Assembly (NCBI GenBank): GCA_050249235.1
Contig: JBFWQW010000004.1
Location: forward strand, 3,248 to 67,247
Source: Acidimicrobiia bacterium
Lineage (GTDB): Bacteria > Actinomycetota > Acidimicrobiia > Acidimicrobiales > CADCSY01
DNA length: 64,000 nucleotides
Direction: 5' to 3'
In this document: in pieces, positions 17,445 to 24,986 of the stretch
How the letters are laid out: every line of letters begins with the position of its first letter
Position numbering within the stretch: the first letter of the stretch is position 1
Position numbers and translations under genes: made by a program
The notes under the pieces: generated by a model
What the model saw: the letters and a program-made list of their open reading frames with translations, nothing else
Told to the model about the DNA's origin: nothing
The model's database searches: none

Positions 17445-19111
17445 CCGACGCGCCGAGCCCGGTCCGCGGCCGGCGGCGCCGGCCCCGGGTGCCACCCTGG
17501 TCGCTCCTCAGCGTGGGGATGGCCCTGGCCGTCGTCGGACCGCTGCTCGTCCTCCCGGCCAGCTTCATCGGCGCCCGGCAGGCCTTCGACGACATCGCCC
17601 GCACCCTCCTGCCGGGGGCGCTGCGCCAGAGCCTCCTGCTCGGTGCCGGGGTCGGGGCCGGCACGCTCGCCATCGGTGGCGGCCTCGCCGTGCTCGTCTC
17701 GTTCTACGACTTCCCCGGACGGCGGTGGCTCGACTGGGCGCTCGTGCTGCCGCTCGCCATGCCCGGCTACGTCCTCGTGTTCGTCGTCCTCGGCTCGTAC
17801 GGCCTCGCCAGCCCCCTGAACTCCAACCTGTTCGGCGACGGGCTGCGCATCCCCGGCATCCGCACGACGGCGGGCGCCATCGCCATCCTCACCGCCGTCC
17901 TCTACCCGTACGTGTACATCCTGGGGCGCAGCGCGTTCATCGGGCAGTCCCGCCAGTCCATCGAGGCCGCCCGCTGCCTCGGGCGCAGCTACGGCCAGGC
18001 GATCCGCCGGGTGGCGGTCCCGCTGGCCCGACCGGCGTTGGCCGCCGGCGCCTCGCTGGCCGTGATGGAGGCGCTCGCCGACTTCGGCACCGTCGACCTC
18101 CTCGGCATCCAGGCCCTCACGAGCGCGATCTACCGGGTCTGGTACGGCACGTTCGACCAGGACTCGGCCCTCCAGCTGGCGACGATCCTCGTCGGCCTGG
18201 CGCTCTTCCTCGTGACGGTCGAGCGGGTGCTGCGGGGCCGGGCCCGCTACCACCAGGCGCTCGGTCGCGGCGACGCGCTGGTACCCCTCCCCATCCGCGG
18301 GCCGATGCGGTGGCTCGCGCCGCTGCCGGCGGTGGCGCTGCTCGCGGCGGTCTTCGCCGTGCCCGTGGTGCAGCTCGGGGTCTGGGCGGCGGAGTCGATC
18401 GTCGACGGCGGCGTCGACGGGCAGCTGGGCCGCTCGGCCCGCAACACCGTGCTCCTCGGCGCCATCGCCGCCACCGTGGCCGTCATCACCGCGACGGTCG
18501 TCGCCTACGGCCAGCGCCGGCACGGGTCGCGGGTCGGCCAGCTGGCGGCCCGGCTCGCGACCGTGGGCTATGCCGTGCCCGGCACGGTCGTCGCCGTCGC
18601 CGTCTTCGTCCCGCTCGTCGGCCTCGACCGCCGGCTGGCCGGCTGGGCCGGGGACGTGCTCCAGCTCGACACCGGCCTCGTGTTCACGGGGACGATGCTC
18701 GGGCTCGTCGTCGCCTACGTCGTACGCTTCCACGCGCTGGCGTACTTCTCCGTGGACGCCCGCATGGGACGGATCAGCCACGACCTCGACGACGTGGCCA
18801 GGACGTTGGGAGCCGACGGCGCCCGGATGCTGGCCGACGTGCACCTCCCCCTCTTGTGGCCCGGGATCCTGAGCGGCGCCCTCCTGGTGCTCGTCGAGGT
18901 GATGAAGGAGCTTCCCGCCACGGCACTGCTCCGCCCGCTCGGTGGCGACACGCTCGCCATCACCGTCTGGGACGCCACCAAGGACACCCGATTCGACGCC
19001 GCCGCCCTTCCCGCCCTGCTCATCGTCCTCGTCGGCCTGGTCCCGGTGATCCTCCTCGTGCGGATGATGCGGGCCGACGGATGGGCCAGCGCCGCCGAGC
19101 AGGTCGCCTGA
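17435..19111 (+). CDS. iron ABC transporter permease (duplicated BPD_transp_1 domains, FbpB-like)
   Basis: 558 aa with two permease modules carrying EAA-loop-like motifs (IEAARCLGRSYGQAIRRVAVPLARPAL and DDVARTLGADGARMLADVHLPLLWPG). The start overlaps the upstream gene end by 10 nt. Confidence 0.9.
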   Translation: MALTDAPSPVRGRRRRPRVPPWSLLSVGMALAVVGPLLVLPASFIGARQAFDDIARTLLPGALRQSLLLGAGVGAGTLAIGGGLAVLVSFYDFPGRRWLDWALVLPLAMPGYVLVFVVLGSYGLASPLNSNLFGDGLRIPGIRTTAGAIAILTAVLYPYVYILGRSAFIGQSRQSIEAARCLGRSYGQAIRRVAVPLARPALAAGASLAVMEALADFGTVDLLGIQALTSAIYRVWYGTFDQDSALQLATILVGLALFLVTVERVLRGRARYHQALGRGDALVPLPIRGPMRWLAPLPAVALLAAVFAVPVVQLGVWAAESIVDGGVDGQLGRSARNTVLLGAIAATVAVITATVVAYGQRRHGSRVGQLAARLATVGYAVPGTVVAVAVFVPLVGLDRRLAGWAGDVLQLDTGLVFTGTMLGLVVAYVVRFHALAYFSVDARMGRISHDLDDVARTLGADGARMLADVHLPLLWPGILSGALLVLVEVMKELPATALLRPLGGDTLAITVWDATKDTRFDAAALPALLIVLVGLVPVILLVRMMRADGWASAAEQVA

Positions 19112-19185
19112 CGGTCAGGGCCTGATGGCTCCGGGCCGCTCGGCCGCCGGTCGAACCCCGCCCCGGGTCGGGTGGCCCGGCCTGC

Positions 19186-20304
19186 TCAGGCCCGGGCCTC
19201 GACGACGGCGTTCCAGGCCACCGCGGTGACCGGCACCGCCAGCAGGCTGCCCGGGATGCCGAACAGCGCGCCGCCGGCCGTGATGGCGAGCAGCACGACC
19301 ACGGGGTGCATCTGCAGCGCCCGGCCGTAGACGACCGGCGCCAGCAGGTCGTTGTCGAACTGCTGGACGAAGAAGGCGACGGCGAGCACGATCAAGGCCG
19401 GAACCAGCCCGACCGTGGCGAGGGCGATGAGCACCGACAGCGTCCCGGCGACGATGGCGCCGACGAAGGGCACGAAGGCGGCGAGGAACGTGATGACCGC
19501 CATCGGCAGGGCCAGCTCGGCCCCCACGAGCCACAGCGTCGTCCCGATGACGACGCCTTCGACGACGCCCAGGAGGGCCGCACCTCGGAGGTAGCCGCCG
19601 AGGACGCGCCAGGCGCCCTCTCCCATCCTCCGCACGACGTCGTCGCGGTGGTCGGGCACGAAGCCGCGGATGGATGCCACCAGACGACCGCCGTCCTTGA
19701 GCGCGAAGAACGTCATGATCAGCCCGAGGACGAGGCTCAGCGCCGTCTCGGCCACGAGGATGGCACCGGTGACGAGGGATCCGCTCGAGTCCCGGAGGGT
19801 GTCCCCGACGCGCTCGCCGAAGCTCTCGCGGAACTCGTCGACGTCACGGCGGCTGAGGTCGAAGGGGCTGTCGTCGACCAACCAGTCCGCGACGTCGTCG
19901 ATCGCCCGGCTCACGGTCGGACCGATGTCGCTGACCTCACTGGCGATGACGGCGCCGAGGCCGGCGAACACCGCGCCCAGGAGCGCGAGGAAGGCCAGGA
20001 GCGTGGTGGCGGCCGCGAGCCCGGGGGGGACCCGGCGGCGAAGCCGTTCGTTCGGCGCCGCGAGGATGCGGGTCAGGAAGAGGGCGATGACGATCGCGGC
20101 GAGGGGCACCCACAGCTTGGCGACGAGCCACAGGCCCGCGACGGCGACGATCCCGATGACGACGAGACGCCAGGAGAAGGCCGCGGCCACCTCCAGCCAG
20201 CGAGGCACCGGGCTCCTGCCGGCAGCCGGATCAGCCGTCGGCCGGCCCGGGTGTGCGCTCAGGCTCGGTGGGTTGTCCGCGCCTCCGTCGACCACCTCGC
20301 CCAT
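19186..20304 (-). CDS. AI-2E family transporter (PerM/YhhT-like)
   Basis: 372 aa with 7-8 TM segments. The C-terminal FVPFVGAIVAG...FFVQQFDNDLLAPVVYGRALQMHPVVVLLA...GIPGSLLAVP pattern is typical of PF01594. Confidence 0.85.
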   Translation of the reverse strand: MGEVVDGGADNPPSLSAHPGRPTADPAAGRSPVPRWLEVAAAFSWRLVVIGIVAVAGLWLVAKLWVPLAAIVIALFLTRILAAPNERLRRRVPPGLAAATTLLAFLALLGAVFAGLGAVIASEVSDIGPTVSRAIDDVADWLVDDSPFDLSRRDVDEFRESFGERVGDTLRDSSGSLVTGAILVAETALSLVLGLIMTFFALKDGGRLVASIRGFVPDHRDDVVRRMGEGAWRVLGGYLRGAALLGVVEGVVIGTTLWLVGAELALPMAVITFLAAFVPFVGAIVAGTLSVLIALATVGLVPALIVLAVAFFVQQFDNDLLAPVVYGRALQMHPVVVLLAITAGGALFGIPGSLLAVPVTAVAWNAVVEARA

Positions 20305-20354
20305 CTCGTCGCTCTCGTCCTCGTTCGCGCGCTGTCGAGCTCGGCGTCACCGTC

Positions 20355-20402
20355 GGCCTCGGCCTCGGCCTCGACATCGGCCTCGACATCGGCCTCGAGA
20401 TC
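20355..20402. repeat. hexamer-periodic repeat (GGCCTC/GACATC; 12-mer GGCCTCGACATC x2.5)
   Basis: Read directly: GGCCTC x3, GACATC, GGCCTC, GACATC, GGCCTC, GAGATC. No start-codon-bearing ORF covers it. Confidence 0.8.
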
Positions 20403-20565
20403 GTCGTGTCGCCGCCGAGACGGTAACCCCCCGGAAGCGACCGTCGAAGCGACGGTGGGAGGCGACGGTCGGGGGGCCGGGCTGGCGGTCCGGCGGCGAT
20501 CGCCGTCTCGAGCGGTCGGGATCCGGTCGCCGGCACGGCCCGCGCTCCGTCTGCGTCCACCTCGC

Positions 20566-20629
20566 GTGATCGTGGCGTCCGGTGATCGTGGCGTCCGGTG
20601 ATCGTGGCGTCCGGTGATCGTGGTCTCGG
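20566..20629. repeat. tandem direct repeat, 16 bp x 4 (GTGATCGTGGCGTCCG; last copy diverged)
   Basis: Three perfect copies at 20566-20581, 20582-20597 and 20598-20613, plus GTGATCGTGGTCTCGG at 20614-20629. The unit length is not a multiple of 3. It lies 10 nt from the stop of the 20640 lipoprotein gene. Confidence 0.95.
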
Positions 20630-20639
20630 GACGAGCACC

Positions 20640-21089
20640 TCAACGCTGCAGCTCCTCGCAGACCGGGAGGTCGAGGTCGTCGCGCACCTCCATGCGGACA
20701 TCGAAGTCGGTGTCGTCGACCCGCACCCGGGCCTGGTGCCGCACGACCTCGCCGATGCTGGTCATCTCGACCTGGCCGCTCTCGTCCCACGTCTCGTCAT
20801 CGGTGAACAGGCGGATGGCGGGCGCGCCGCCCTCGCGGACGAGGATCACCCGGCGCCCGTCGACCGTGTCCACGACGACGGCGCCGTCTGCGCCGTCACA
20901 GGACCGTTCGATGCCGAGCGGCTCGCCGTCGATCCACACGGCCACGTCCGCGAGGTCGGAACCGTCATCCCCGCCGTCGGTGGTCGTCGTGGTCGACGCC
21001 GTCGACGACGTGGTGGTGGTCGCGTCCTCGTCGTCACCGCATGCCCCCAGCACGAGGAGCGCGAGAAGGAGGAGCGCAAGGAGTCGCAT
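20640..21089 (-). CDS. small secreted lipoprotein (unknown function)
   Basis: 149 aa from MRLLALLLLALLVLGACGDD (signal peptide plus lipobox) with a Thr/Ser-rich linker. The upstream part of the ORF is discarded. Confidence 0.65.
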   Translation of the reverse strand: MRLLALLLLALLVLGACGDDEDATTTTSSTASTTTTTDGGDDGSDLADVAVWIDGEPLGIERSCDGADGAVVVDTVDGRRVILVREGGAPAIRLFTDDETWDESGQVEMTSIGEVVRHQARVRVDDTDFDVRMEVRDDLDLPVCEELQR

Positions 21090-21323
21090 CTCGCCCGGTG
21101 TACCCCCCCCGACGGGAGACGGATGCCCGGGGAGCGAACAGGGTGCCCGACCTCGCCGCCCCGAGGCGACCGACGAGACTCGGGGTCGATGACGACACCC
21201 GCTGATGGCCGGGCGAGGGCGGCGCGTGCGCCCGGGCCACGGCACGTCCCGGGTCGGGGCTGCCGTGACCGGTCCCGTGCCCGTCGCGTCGGACGCCGGC
21301 AGCCTCACCGCCCGGCCGTCGGC

Positions 21324-22178
21324 GTGACGCCGGGGGCTGGATCACGCCGCCCCGGCCACCGGCGCCTCCTGGGGGTGCTGGTGACCGGTCTGCTCCTGGC
21401 CGGGGCCTGCGGGTCCGGCGACGGCGGGACGGGCGGGGCCGTCATGCCGTTCAGCCGGGTGCAGGACGGGGCGATGCGCTTCGAGGCGGACCCGGCCGAT
21501 CCGAGCGGGGGCATCTTCCGCGTCACCACGACCGAGCCGATGATCTGCGCCATCGTCTGGGGCGAGGACACCGGGTACGGGCGGTTCAACAACAGCCTGG
21601 CCATGAACGGGACGGGCATCACCGACCACGACGTGCAGCTGCCCGATGTCGAGCCCGGTCGCACCTACCACTACGTCGTCCAGGGGACCACCGCCGACGG
21701 CACCCTCTACCGGTCCTCGCCCGGAACCTTCACGATCGAGACGGCCGAGCTGACCGAGGACCTGCCTGGCGTCGCGCTGGGCGGCAACCTCGCCGAGCGC
21801 GGTGCGATCGCCGGTGTCAGCTCCACCTTCTCGGAGGCCATCGCCGCATCGCTGGCGATCGACGGCGACACGGCGACCCAGTGGTCCACGCGAGGTGACG
21901 GCGACGACGGCTTCATCGTCGTCGAGCAGCCCGGGCCGGCGGAGGTCGTCGCCGTCGAGTTCGTCACCCGGTCGATGGGTGACGGCTCTGCGGTGACCGA
22001 GCGCTACACCGTGACCGTCGACGACGGCGAGCCGTCCACGCCGTTCGCCGCGAGCACGCTCCGGCACCGCCGGGTCCACGAGCTGCGAGCGAGCGGCACA
22101 CGGTTCCGCTTCGACGTCGCCACCTCGACCGGTGGCAACGTGGGTGCCGTCGAGATCCGCATCTTCGCCCCCGCCTGA
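21324..22178 (+). CDS. lipoprotein with FN3/PAP-N-like domain and discoidin (F5/8 type C)-like C-terminal domain
   Basis: Lipobox LLLAGACGSG follows the in-frame GTG at 21324; an alternative ATG is at 21189. GRTYHYVVQGTTADGTLY resembles a purple-acid-phosphatase N/FN3 motif. AIDGDTATQWSTRG...GAVEIRIFA resembles a discoidin domain. Confidence 0.7.
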   Translation: MTPGAGSRRPGHRRLLGVLVTGLLLAGACGSGDGGTGGAVMPFSRVQDGAMRFEADPADPSGGIFRVTTTEPMICAIVWGEDTGYGRFNNSLAMNGTGITDHDVQLPDVEPGRTYHYVVQGTTADGTLYRSSPGTFTIETAELTEDLPGVALGGNLAERGAIAGVSSTFSEAIAASLAIDGDTATQWSTRGDGDDGFIVVEQPGPAEVVAVEFVTRSMGDGSAVTERYTVTVDDGEPSTPFAASTLRHRRVHELRASGTRFRFDVATSTGGNVGAVEIRIFAPA

Positions 22179-22200
22179 CGACCACCACTCCGGCACGAGA

Positions 22201-22244
22201 CGCCGAGAGGGCGGTGCCAGGGGGAGCGGGGCGCCCTCTCGGCG
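22201..22244 (+). terminator. stem-loop 23 nt after stop of 21324-22178 (intrinsic-terminator-like, no U tract)
   Basis: CGCCGAGAGGGCG (22201-22213) pairs perfectly with CGCCCTCTCGGCG (22232-22244); the loop is 18 nt. Confidence 0.5.
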
Positions 22245-22284
22245 CACCCTCGCGGCTCAGGCGGCGCAGGCGGCGCAGAGCCCG

Positions 22285-22506
22285 ATGAAGTCCAAGCGGT
22301 GCGACGACGGCTTGAACCCGGTCGACGAGCTCTGCGCGAGGTCACCGGGCGAGCTGCTGCTCGACGACCCCCACCACGCCCACCGAGCGTGCCGACCGAA
22401 CCCCTGGATCGAAGGGGACGCGAGGGTGGGAGCTCGGACATCGAACCCGAGGCGTAGCCTGGCCGGGCCATGTGCATGCAGTGCGTCGCGCAGAGCACAC
22501 CGATGA
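22285..22506 (+). CDS. candidate small Cys/His-rich ORF (hypothetical; 3' third has poor codon usage)
   Basis: The product is MKSKRCDDGLNPVDELCARSPGELLLDDPHHAHRACRPNPW... Over 22285-22425 the third codon positions are almost all G/C. By hand count, position 1 is more G/C-rich than position 2, which favours the plus strand over the antisense 126-aa ORF. No clear SD sequence is present. Confidence 0.25.
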   Translation: MKSKRCDDGLNPVDELCARSPGELLLDDPHHAHRACRPNPWIEGDARVGARTSNPRRSLAGPCACSASRRAHR

Positions 22507-22625
22507 TCGGCGTCGGCCTCACGGTGCTCCGCCGCCGGGCGTTGCTCGCCCGGTTCCGAGCGCTGATCGCCCGCCGGCCGCGGGACGCGTCTGGTGGCGA
22601 TCTCGGCCACGTCGGCTCCTCGTAG
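22470..22625 (+). CDS. candidate small ORF (51 aa, N-terminal CxxC, Arg-rich tail; hypothetical)
   Basis: The product is MCMQCVAQSTPMIGVGLTVLRRRALLARFRALIARRPRDASGGDLGHVGSS. It is below the track length cutoff. About 46 of 52 third positions are G/C, against about 36 of 52 for the competing antisense frame. Confidence 0.25.
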   Translation: MCMQCVAQSTPMIGVGLTVLRRRALLARFRALIARRPRDASGGDLGHVGSS

Positions 22626-22727
22626 AGGCTCGGCCACAGCGCCGCGCCGGACAGCCCCGGGGGGAGGGGACGGGTCCGACCGACCGGGACACCGACGAGG
22701 CCGGGGGACCGACCGGCCGGGATCGGG

Positions 22728-23540
22728 TCAGGCGGCCAGCGCCAGCCCGGCCCGGATGCCCGTGTAGAGGGCGACGGCGACGAGGAGCCCGGCGAACCAG
22801 CGGAGGCTGCCCTCGGCCTCGAGGCGGTCGGCGAGGCGGCCGCCGGTGAGGACACCGGCGACGGCGGCGATCGTGAACGGAGCGGTGACGGCCCAGTCGA
22901 TGCTGGTGGTGGCGAGGCGCCCGGCGAGGCCGACCGCCGCGTTCACGGCGATGACGAGGAGTGACGTGCCGATGGCCTGGGGCATGGGCAGCTTGAGGCC
23001 GAGGGTGAGGGCGGGGACGATGACGAACCCGCCACCGACACCGAACAGGCCGGTGAGGAACCCCACGGCGGTGCCGGCGAGGAGGACGACGGCGACGGTG
23101 CCGGCGTCGACCCGGCGGTGGGTGGCGACCAGGACGCTGGTGCCGCGGGCGACGGCGATCTGCTCGCCGACGTTGGTGCAGGTGGGGCAGCCGGTGAGCA
23201 TCCGCCAGGCGGCGACGAGCACCAGGCCGGCGAAGGCGAGCAGGAGCAGGTCGGGGTCGAGCGTCCGGTTCAGCGCCGAGCCGGCGAGCGAGCCGCCGAT
23301 CCCGGTGAGGCCGAACACGAGGCCCGTCCCGACCCGGACCCTCCCGGCGCGCCAGTGGTCGCCCATGCCGACCACCGACGCCACGCCCACGAGCAGCAGG
23401 CTGGTGGCAGTGGCGGCCCTCGGGTCCTGGCCGGCGGCGTGGACGAGGGCGGGGACGGCCAGGATGGACCCGCCGCCGCCGAGGGCGCCGAGCGACACGC
23501 CGATGAGGAACCCGAGGGGCGAGGCCAGCAGGGCGCGCAC
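22728..23540 (-). CDS. sulfite exporter TauE/SafE family membrane protein
   Basis: 270 aa with the duplicated 4-TM pattern GALGGGGSILAVPAL... and GLFGVGGGFVIVPAL... typical of PF01925. The central loop carries CPTC. Confidence 0.9.
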   Translation of the reverse strand: MRALLASPLGFLIGVSLGALGGGGSILAVPALVHAAGQDPRAATATSLLLVGVASVVGMGDHWRAGRVRVGTGLVFGLTGIGGSLAGSALNRTLDPDLLLLAFAGLVLVAAWRMLTGCPTCTNVGEQIAVARGTSVLVATHRRVDAGTVAVVLLAGTAVGFLTGLFGVGGGFVIVPALTLGLKLPMPQAIGTSLLVIAVNAAVGLAGRLATTSIDWAVTAPFTIAAVAGVLTGGRLADRLEAEGSLRWFAGLLVAVALYTGIRAGLALAA

Positions 23541-23543
23541 GAC

Positions 23544-24986
23544 TCAGCCGACCGCGTCGTCGCTGACGTCGCTGACGTCGCTGACGTCGGTGCGGGTGGC
23601 GGGTTCGTGCGCGGCCCAGGCCCCGTAGCCGCCGATGACGTCGGCCACGGTGGTGAAGCCGTGGGCGCGGAGGGTGGAGGCGGCGATGGAGGAGCGGTAG
23701 CCGCCGGCGCAGTAGACGACGACGGGTGCCGTCGGGTCGAGCTCGTCGAGGTGGTCGAGGAGCTGGGGGAGGGGCAGGTTTCGGGCGCCGGGGACCACGC
23801 CACCGACACCGGTCTCGCCGGGGTTGCGGACGTCGACCACCTGCACGCCTGGATCCTCGGCGAGCCAGGCGGCCACGTCGGGAACGGGGAGCCTCGAGGC
23901 GGCCGCGGCCAGGTGGGGGTGCTCGGCGAGCGTCCGTTCGATGTCGGGCAGCTCGCCGACGACGCCGTCGAAGCCGATGCGGGCCAGCCGGACGCGGGCC
24001 TCCTGCGCCCGGCCGGCGTCACCGAGGAGGATGACCTGCTGGTCGGGCCTGATGACGTCGCCCGCGTACTCGGCGAAGCGACCGTCGAGCCCGACGTTCA
24101 CCGAGCCTCGGAGGTGGCCGCTGGCGAAGGACTCGGGCGATCGGGTGTCGAGCAGGACCGTGCCGGCGGCGGCGAGCTCGAGCGCCTCGTCGACGCCGAG
24201 CGGGCGGAGCGGTTCGCCTTCGTCGAGCAGCTCTCGGTCGCGGCGGTTGGCGTCGGCCGCGAACGCGAAGTAGAGCGGTGCGGCGCCCTGGCCCTCGGTG
24301 ACGACGTCGACGAACTCGTCGACCGACATCGGTCGGAGCGCGTAGTTGGTGGCTCGCTGTTCGCCGATGGTCGAGGACGCCGCCGCCGAGAGGTGCTTGC
24401 CGCACGCCGAACCGGCGCCGTGGGCGGGATAGACGAGGGTGTCGTCCGGCAGGGTGAGGAGCTGCTCGTGCAGCGAGCGGTGGAGGTCGCGGGCGAGGCT
24501 GTCGGCCGTGCGCCCGACCGAGGTGAGGAGGTCGGGTCGGCCGACGTCGCCGATGAACAGGGTGTCGCCGGTCAGCACCGCCCAGGGTTCGGCGTCGGCG
24601 GTCGGGCGGACGACGATCGAGATCGACTCGGGGGTGTGACCGGGGGTGTGGCGGATCTCGAGCTCGACCTCACCGAGGGAGAGGTGCCGGCCGTCGGCGA
24701 GCGGCTCGATCGGGAAGTCGGGCGTGGCGACGTCGCCGTAGGAGATGACCGCGCCGGTGGCCTCGGCCAGCTCGAGGTGGCCCGACAGGAAGTCGGCGTG
24801 GAAGTGGGTCTCCAGCACCCGCTCGATGCGCAACCCGTTGGCATCGGCATCCGCGAGGTACTCGCCGATGTCACGTTGCGGGTCGACCACGACGGCTCGC
24901 CCGGTCGTGGTGTCGCCGATCAGGTAGCTGTAGAGCGACAGGCAGGCGAGGTCGTACTGGCGGAAGAACACGTTTCGCTCCTTCAT
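23544..24986 (-). CDS. persulfide dioxygenase (MBL fold) fused to two rhodanese domains (CstB-like)
   Basis: The N-terminal domain has THFHADFLSGH and HTPGHTPES metallo-beta-lactamase motifs. The middle rhodanese-like domain lacks the catalytic Cys (LLGDAGRA). The C-terminal rhodanese has the active-site loop YCAGGYRS. The start shares 1 nt with the MMPL stop (TGATG). Confidence 0.9.
   Translation of the reverse strand: MKERNVFFRQYDLACLSLYSYLIGDTTTGRAVVVDPQRDIGEYLADADANGLRIERVLETHFHADFLSGHLELAEATGAVISYGDVATPDFPIEPLADGRHLSLGEVELEIRHTPGHTPESISIVVRPTADAEPWAVLTGDTLFIGDVGRPDLLTSVGRTADSLARDLHRSLHEQLLTLPDDTLVYPAHGAGSACGKHLSAAASSTIGEQRATNYALRPMSVDEFVDVVTEGQGAAPLYFAFAADANRRDRELLDEGEPLRPLGVDEALELAAAGTVLLDTRSPESFASGHLRGSVNVGLDGRFAEYAGDVIRPDQQVILLGDAGRAQEARVRLARIGFDGVVGELPDIERTLAEHPHLAAAASRLPVPDVAAWLAEDPGVQVVDVRNPGETGVGGVVPGARNLPLPQLLDHLDELDPTAPVVVYCAGGYRSSIAASTLRAHGFTTVADVIGGYGAWAAHEPATRTDVSDVSDVSDDAVG

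Noticed and set aside
20566-20629. Tandem 16-bp repeats considered as a CRISPR array
   Set aside because: The copies are directly abutting with no spacers, the unit is too short, and no cas genes are present in the window.
20598-21323. N-terminal extension of the discoidin lipoprotein ORF (track start 20598)
   Set aside because: That start codon is a GTG generated by the tandem repeat. The extension is antisense to the 20640-21089 lipoprotein gene. A proper signal peptide and lipobox follow the GTG at 21324.
22257-22637. 126-aa minus-strand ORF downstream of tauE ending in ...GLCAACAA (considered as an operon member or RiPP-like precursor)
   Set aside because: Hand counts of G/C by codon position favour the plus strand: position 1 is richer than position 2 only in the plus reading. 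The upstream half has weak G/C3. The Ser-run translation looks like the antisense of ELLLDD. The plus-strand small ORFs are kept as a low-confidence alternative.
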